From Candidatus Sericytochromatia bacterium (GTDB lineage: Bacteria; Cyanobacteriota; Sericytochromatia; S15B-MN24; UBA4093): a DNA stretch of 39,628 nt. Where the stretch lies: the NCBI GenBank assembly GCA_036676985.1, contig JAKFBU010000055.1, forward strand, positions 1-39,628, written 5' to 3'. The notes under the pieces are model-generated. The model was not told where the DNA came from. It saw nothing but the letters and a program-made list of their open reading frames with translations, and ran no database searches. Below are positions 34,972 to 39,628 of this stretch, piece by piece (within the stretch, counting starts at the first letter, position 1; every line of letters begins with the position of its first letter). Made by a program: the position numbers and the translations under genes.

Positions 34972-36789
34972 ATGCTGAAGCGAATCGCCGTCGTCCTCGG
35001 GGCGTTGCTCCTGGTCGGAGCGCCCTTGCGATACCTGGCCTCGGAGGGCCCGGAGGCCTGGGCCGGCTCGGAGGCTAGCCGCCGCAAGCCAAGAGCCGTC
35101 CAGTATTTCGGCATGCAGGCCATCCCCAAGTTCGACGAAACGGCGGGCCACGGCTCCTGGAACGGCTCGCGCGCCCGCGGGCTCGCCATGCACCGGGACC
35201 TCGGCGTGCAGCTGAGCCGCGAGGGCTACATCTGGCTCCATGACGAGCCCGAGCCCAACCAGCACCCGAACGTGGGGGACTTCGACGACGCGATCGCCCG
35301 CTGCAACCAGGCGGGCATCGCCGTCCAGCTCATGATCACGGACACGCCCTACTGGGCCTCGACCTCTCCCTACAAGGTCAAGGACCAGCCGGATACCTAC
35401 CGGCATGCGCCGCCCCTCAACCTCTACGACCCCATCTTCTCGGACGGCACGGACGTGCCGGGCCCGGGCAAGCGGGTCAACCCCCGCAACTACTGGGCCC
35501 GCATGCTCGACCGGGTGGCCCGGCGCTACAAGGGCAAGGTCCAGTACTACCAGGTCTGGAACGAGCCCGACTACCCCAAGGGCGCCCAGGACGCCAACTA
35601 CAAGGATCATGAGCGCTCGTGGCACGGCAGCGTGGGCGACTACGTGCGCATGCTCCAAGTGGCCCACATGGTCGTCAAGGCCGCGGACCCCAAGGCCTCC
35701 ATCGTCACGGGCGGCATCGGCTACGTAGACTACCTGACGAGCATGATCGACCGGGGAGCGGGCGCCTACTTCGACGACGTGGACTTCCACGCCTACGGCG
35801 GCCCGGGCTCCGACTCGGCGCTCAGGTCCTTCCTGTCCCTGCACGGCAAGCTGCGCCAGGTCCTCAGGCAGGCGGGCCTCAAGAAGGGGCTCATCTGCTC
35901 GGAGACGGGCTACCCCTCGGGGGATGCCGCAGGGCAGGCGGCCTACATCCCCAAGCTCTACGCCACGGGCCTCGCCCTCGGGGTCGAGGGCATCATCTGG
36001 TACAGCAACACCAACCCGAGCTGGCAGCAGATGGGCCTGGTGGATTGGCGCACCATGCAGCGGCGCACGGCGGGCTATTGGGCCTACAAGACCACGAGCA
36101 CGGCACTTTCGGGCATGACCTACGCCGGCAAGCTCACCTTCGACCCGCGCATCGTGGCCTACCGCTTCAAGTCGGGCAGCCGCGAGGTGGTGGTGGCCTG
36201 GGCCCCCCATCGCGAGGCCACCAAGCCCGTCCGCTGGCAGGCTCCGGACAAGGGCAAGTGGCGCCTGGTGACCCCGGACGGCCGCGCCCGCCGGCTCATG
36301 CCTGGCGAGCAGCTCGCCCTGAGCTCGTCGCCGGTGATCCTCGACTCGGACGCCAGGGTTACTTACACGCCCGCCAAGCCCAACCCGCCCCGCTATGCCG
36401 GCGCCTACGAGGTGCTCGACGCCGCGGCCGCCGTCACCGGGTCGGGCGGCTTCCACGAGCCGGAGCTCGCCATCGACGGGGATCCCAACACCGAGTGGGT
36501 GGGGACCTCCGGCGACAACCAGCTCACCGTCCGACTCGCCAAGAAGAGCATGCTCAAGGGCCTCAGCCTCAAGACCGGCCCCATGGAGAACCAGATGCTC
36601 GAGGTGCAGGTCTCCGAGGACGGGGCGACCTTCCGGACTCTCCTGTCCGGGCTCAGCTTCGGGGACTGGGGGACGCACGACCTCTCCTTCCCGGCTCCCG
36701 CGGCGGCTCGTTACGTGCGGCTGGTCTACCGGCAGGCTCCGGACCGCCCGGGCGGAAGCGCGCGGCTCTTCGAGCTCATGCTGCGCTAG
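34972..36789 (+). CDS. Secreted clan GH-A glycoside hydrolase (GH39/GH5-like) with a C-terminal F5/8 (discoidin/CBM32-like) domain
   Basis: TPYWA, YYQVWNEPD (acid/base), FHAY and CSETGY (nucleophile); AIDGDPNTEW...VQVSEDG.TF...ARYVRL. Confidence 0.85.
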   Translation: MLKRIAVVLGALLLVGAPLRYLASEGPEAWAGSEASRRKPRAVQYFGMQAIPKFDETAGHGSWNGSRARGLAMHRDLGVQLSREGYIWLHDEPEPNQHPNVGDFDDAIARCNQAGIAVQLMITDTPYWASTSPYKVKDQPDTYRHAPPLNLYDPIFSDGTDVPGPGKRVNPRNYWARMLDRVARRYKGKVQYYQVWNEPDYPKGAQDANYKDHERSWHGSVGDYVRMLQVAHMVVKAADPKASIVTGGIGYVDYLTSMIDRGAGAYFDDVDFHAYGGPGSDSALRSFLSLHGKLRQVLRQAGLKKGLICSETGYPSGDAAGQAAYIPKLYATGLALGVEGIIWYSNTNPSWQQMGLVDWRTMQRRTAGYWAYKTTSTALSGMTYAGKLTFDPRIVAYRFKSGSREVVVAWAPHREATKPVRWQAPDKGKWRLVTPDGRARRLMPGEQLALSSSPVILDSDARVTYTPAKPNPPRYAGAYEVLDAAAAVTGSGGFHEPELAIDGDPNTEWVGTSGDNQLTVRLAKKSMLKGLSLKTGPMENQMLEVQVSEDGATFRTLLSGLSFGDWGTHDLSFPAPAAARYVRLVYRQAPDRPGGSARLFELMLR

Positions 36790-36805
36790 GAGCCAGCGTC
36801 GTTGC

Positions 36806-36835
36806 TTTACAAGGCCGGAGAGGCCCCGCTATAAT
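36806..36835 (+). promoter_or_regulatory. Sigma70-type promoter of the MqnA-like gene
   Basis: TTTACA-N18-TATAAT. Confidence 0.65.
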
Positions 36836-36873
36836 CACGGCATTTCCCCGCCCTGCCCTGTCGAGGTCCCTTC

Positions 36874-37656
36874 ATGCGCAAGATCGGCGAGACCTACTAC
36901 CTCTCGACGCAGTCCTTGACCTACCCGCTGAAGACGGGTGCCGTCCAGGGCGACGCCGAGCTGGTACCGGGCGGTCTCACCGAGCTCTCGGCGATGCTCG
37001 TCAGCGGGGAGCTGGACGCGGGGCCCATCTCCGTCATCGAGTACCTGCGCCACCGCGATCGCTTCGAGCGCATCCCCAACCTGAGCGTCTCCTCCTGGGG
37101 CCGCGCGGGCTGCGGCCTCCTGTTCAGCACCCAGCCCATCGGGCACCCGGCGGGCCACGAGATCGCCATCCCCACCCGCACGGCGGGGGCAGTCTACCTG
37201 CTGCGCAGCCTCATGACCGAGATGTACGGCGTCGAGCCGCGCTTCGTCGAGCACTCGGCACCTCTGGACGTGCTCCTCGCCGAGCACGGCGCGGCGCTCT
37301 TGTTCGAGGACGAGGCCCTCGTCGCGAGCCAGTCGGTGCCCTCGGACGTGGAGGTCTGGGACCTGGGCGACGCCTGGTGGCAACTGACCAACACCCCGCT
37401 CATCTACATGCTCTGGGTGACGCAGGCCACGCTCGGCGAGGCGGATCGTCAGGCGATCGCCGACGCCCTCGCCGCCTCCAAGGCGGCGGCCGTCTCCGTG
37501 CGTCCGCAGCTGGTCGCCGAGGCCGCGGCCCGGACGGGGCTCGCCGAGGGCGTCATCGAGGGCTTCCTCGGACGCTTCAACTACGACTTCACGCCGGCGC
37601 ACGAGCAGGGCCTCAAGCTCCTGGACCAGATCCTCATGCGGCCGGAGATGGCCTAG
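36874..37656 (+). CDS. MqnA/MqnD-family protein (chorismate dehydratase-like, divergent)
   Basis: KIG..YYL, GELDAGPISVIEY, DLGDAWWQLTNTP and YDFT...QGL match the MqnA architecture, but several motifs are altered. Confidence 0.8.
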   Translation: MRKIGETYYLSTQSLTYPLKTGAVQGDAELVPGGLTELSAMLVSGELDAGPISVIEYLRHRDRFERIPNLSVSSWGRAGCGLLFSTQPIGHPAGHEIAIPTRTAGAVYLLRSLMTEMYGVEPRFVEHSAPLDVLLAEHGAALLFEDEALVASQSVPSDVEVWDLGDAWWQLTNTPLIYMLWVTQATLGEADRQAIADALAASKAAAVSVRPQLVAEAAARTGLAEGVIEGFLGRFNYDFTPAHEQGLKLLDQILMRPEMA

Positions 37657-37670
37657 ATTTCACCCACTTG

Positions 37671-37707
37671 AAAGAAACGGGCCCCCGGAGTGCCGGGGGC
37701 CCGTTTC
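37671..37707. terminator. Bidirectional terminator between convergent genes
   Basis: GAAACGGGCCCCCGG-AGTG-CCGGGGGCCCGTTTC. Confidence 0.8.
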
Positions 37708-37722
37708 GTGGACGTCATGGGC

Positions 37723-38400
37723 TCAGCGCAAGATCTCGACCTGCCCGGTCTCCAGGTCGTAGCGCCCTCCGACGATGGTGAGGCGGCCGTGCTCCACCAG
37801 CTCCGCGAGGATGGGCCGCGAGCCCTTCAGCTGCTCGACGACTTGCAGGACGTTCGCGCGCACGGCGTTGTCGAGGGCATCGCCCGGACGCCCCTTGGTC
37901 GCGACGACCGCCGGGCGGATGGCCGCGACGAGGCTGCCGATGTGGCCCGGAGCCGTCCCCCCCTTGAGGGTGGCGTCCACCGCCCCGCACCGCTCGTGTC
38001 CCAGCACGACGACCAACGGAGCATGCAGGTGCTCGGCTCCGTACTCGATGCTGCCGAGGATGGCGTCGTCGACGATGTTGCCCGCCACGCGGTGGACGAA
38101 GAGATCCCCCATGCCCTGGTCGAACAGGATCTCGGGAGCCACGCGGGAGTCGGCGCACGTGAGGACGATGGCGAACGGATGCTGCCCCTTGGCCACCGCG
38201 AGCCGGCGGCCGGCCTGGTGATTCGGGTGCTCGCAACGCTCGGAGGCGTAACGCTTGTTGCCCTCCATCAGCAGACGGAGTGCCGCCTCACCGCTCATGG
38301 GGGCCGCGTCCTGCCCACCCGGCGTACTGGCGAAGGCGCTGCCCGCCGTCAACCCGACCAGCGCCCATGCCAACGCAAGACGGCGTATCACTGTGTTCAC
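37723..38400 (-). CDS. Beta-class carbonic anhydrase with signal peptide
   Basis: LMEGNKRY, GQHP, CADSRV, RVAGN, SIEY and LGHERCGAV zinc ligands; GTG start with AAGGAGG upstream. Confidence 0.95.
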   Translation of the reverse strand: MNTVIRRLALAWALVGLTAGSAFASTPGGQDAAPMSGEAALRLLMEGNKRYASERCEHPNHQAGRRLAVAKGQHPFAIVLTCADSRVAPEILFDQGMGDLFVHRVAGNIVDDAILGSIEYGAEHLHAPLVVVLGHERCGAVDATLKGGTAPGHIGSLVAAIRPAVVATKGRPGDALDNAVRANVLQVVEQLKGSRPILAELVEHGRLTIVGGRYDLETGQVEILR

Positions 38401-38583
38401 CTCATGTCCTCCTTGGATGCATCAACCGTATAGAGAGTCGCGGGGGCGATCAGGCCCTATGTACCGAAAAATCCGTAGAAACCACCCGTGCTCACCAAAT
38501 CCTCGCACCGTCCCCACGTCACCCCAACATTCCCCGCTTTCCGCTCACAACTCCCACGCAACGCTGGGAAAGGCCCGGACATG

Positions 38584-38611
38584 AAAGAAGGCCCCCGGCT
38601 TTCCGGGGGCC
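38584..38611 (-). terminator. Terminator of the cytochrome c gene
   Basis: GGCCCCCGG-CTTT-CCGGGGGCC followed by TTCTTT on the minus strand. Confidence 0.75.
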
Positions 38612-38638
38612 GCGGCGAGCAGCCCACAAGGGGCGCGC

Positions 38639-39580
38639 TTACCAGCGCTTCTCGACCGGGCTCTTGAGGGCCGGCACGGTGCGGAGGTAGGCCACCATGG
38701 CCTGGACGTCCTGATCGTTGATGCCGTTGTAGTTCTGCCAGAGCATGGGCGGGCGCAGGGTCTTGCCGTCCGGGCGCTGTCCGAAGCGGATGGCGGCGGC
38801 GATCTGCGCGTCGGTCCAGGAGCCGATGCCCGTCTCCGGGTCGGGCGTGATGTTGGGAATCATGATGCCCTTGCCCTCGGGGCCCAGGCCCTCGCCCTTG
38901 AAGAACGAGCCGCCCGCGAACGCCTTGCTCTTGTCGGGTCCCGCGGGGCCCATGGGGGAGTGGCAGTCCGCGCAGCCGGCCATGGTGACCAGGTACTTGC
39001 CGCGGCTGACGGGATCGTTGGCCGGGGGCGGCACCGGTCCGTCGAGGCGCTTGGGGAAGGTGTTGGCCAAGAGGTTCAGCGGAAAACCGATCTCGTTGGC
39101 GGGCACCCGGTGCTCCACGGGCTTCAGCGTCCGAAGGTAGGCCACGAGGGCATGGGCGTCGTCGTCGCTCATCTCGTGGTAGTTGGAGTAGGGCATCATG
39201 GGCATGAGGGGACGCCCGTCCCGGCTCACGCCTTCCCGGAAGGCCCGCAGGATCTCGCCGTCGGTCCACGAGCCGAGGCCCGTCCTGGGGTCCGATGTGA
39301 GGTTGGAGGTGTAGACCTTGGCCGGGGCGCCGAACTCGGGGCCCATGAGGTTGCCGCCCGCGCCGAAGCGGCTGAAGTCGAAGGCGAAGGTCTTGGGGTT
39401 GTAGGGCGTGTGGCAGCCGATGCAGTCGCCCACGTGCTTGAAGAGGTACTCGCCGCGGGCGACCATCTCGGGCGTCTTGGAGACGTTCACCTCGGGGGCA
39501 GGACGCTGGTCGGCGCGCATGACCGCGCAGCCGGAGAGCAGGGTGGCGGCCATCACGGCCCCGGCCAGGAAGACGTTCAT
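38639..39580 (-). CDS. Diheme cytochrome c lipoprotein
   Basis: LSGC lipobox; RGEYL..CIGCHTP and RGKYL..CADCHSP; repeated NLT.D..TG.GSWTD and MP/PPM axial-ligand motifs. Confidence 0.93.
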   Translation of the reverse strand: MNVFLAGAVMAATLLSGCAVMRADQRPAPEVNVSKTPEMVARGEYLFKHVGDCIGCHTPYNPKTFAFDFSRFGAGGNLMGPEFGAPAKVYTSNLTSDPRTGLGSWTDGEILRAFREGVSRDGRPLMPMMPYSNYHEMSDDDAHALVAYLRTLKPVEHRVPANEIGFPLNLLANTFPKRLDGPVPPPANDPVSRGKYLVTMAGCADCHSPMGPAGPDKSKAFAGGSFFKGEGLGPEGKGIMIPNITPDPETGIGSWTDAQIAAAIRFGQRPDGKTLRPPMLWQNYNGINDQDVQAMVAYLRTVPALKSPVEKRW

Positions 39581-39628
39581 GAGTCAGCAGCCTTTCTGAG
39601 ATCGTTCCAATGAAGCAAGTGACCTCAC

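Noticed and set aside
38540-38550. TCCGCTCACAA, identical to half of the E. coli lac operator
   Set aside because: Only one half-site with no symmetric partner and no other vector-like sequence; probably coincidence.
38485-38556. G-runs on the minus strand upstream of the carbonic anhydrase (possible G-quadruplex)
   Set aside because: Three close G4 runs, but the fourth is distant; such runs are expected at this GC content.

Overview
A 39.6 kb, high-GC (roughly 70% by eye) bacterial chromosomal window with about 36 supportable CDSs. I see no rRNA, tRNA, CRISPR array or transposase. The right half is mostly housekeeping: ndk, a split transketolase, DUF4127, spoVS, nadK-tlyA-DUF212-ispA, a beta-barrel protein plus an SLH-domain porin, a secreted glycoside hydrolase, an MqnA-like protein, a beta-carbonic anhydrase and a diheme cytochrome c. 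The left half is accessory, envelope and signalling: a MshEN-like protein, DUF4932, a GH13 lipoprotein, polX, a cyclase-STAND-TPR protein, M30 and M48 peptidases, a triple-XRE regulator, a response regulator, a three-lipoprotein operon with a 12-blade NHL protein, and a histidine kinase. The SLH-porin, ispA-DUF212, SpoVS and MqnA combination suggests a non-photosynthetic relative of Cyanobacteria such as Sericytochromatia (inference). The strongest unexplained signal is an 84-nt palindromic element present in three copies. Its stems show at least six compensatory base-pair changes. One copy sits in frame inside a porin signal peptide, and another appears to supply the C-terminus and stop codon of DUF4127. 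Two other REP-like repeat families and several operator-like palindromes are also present.
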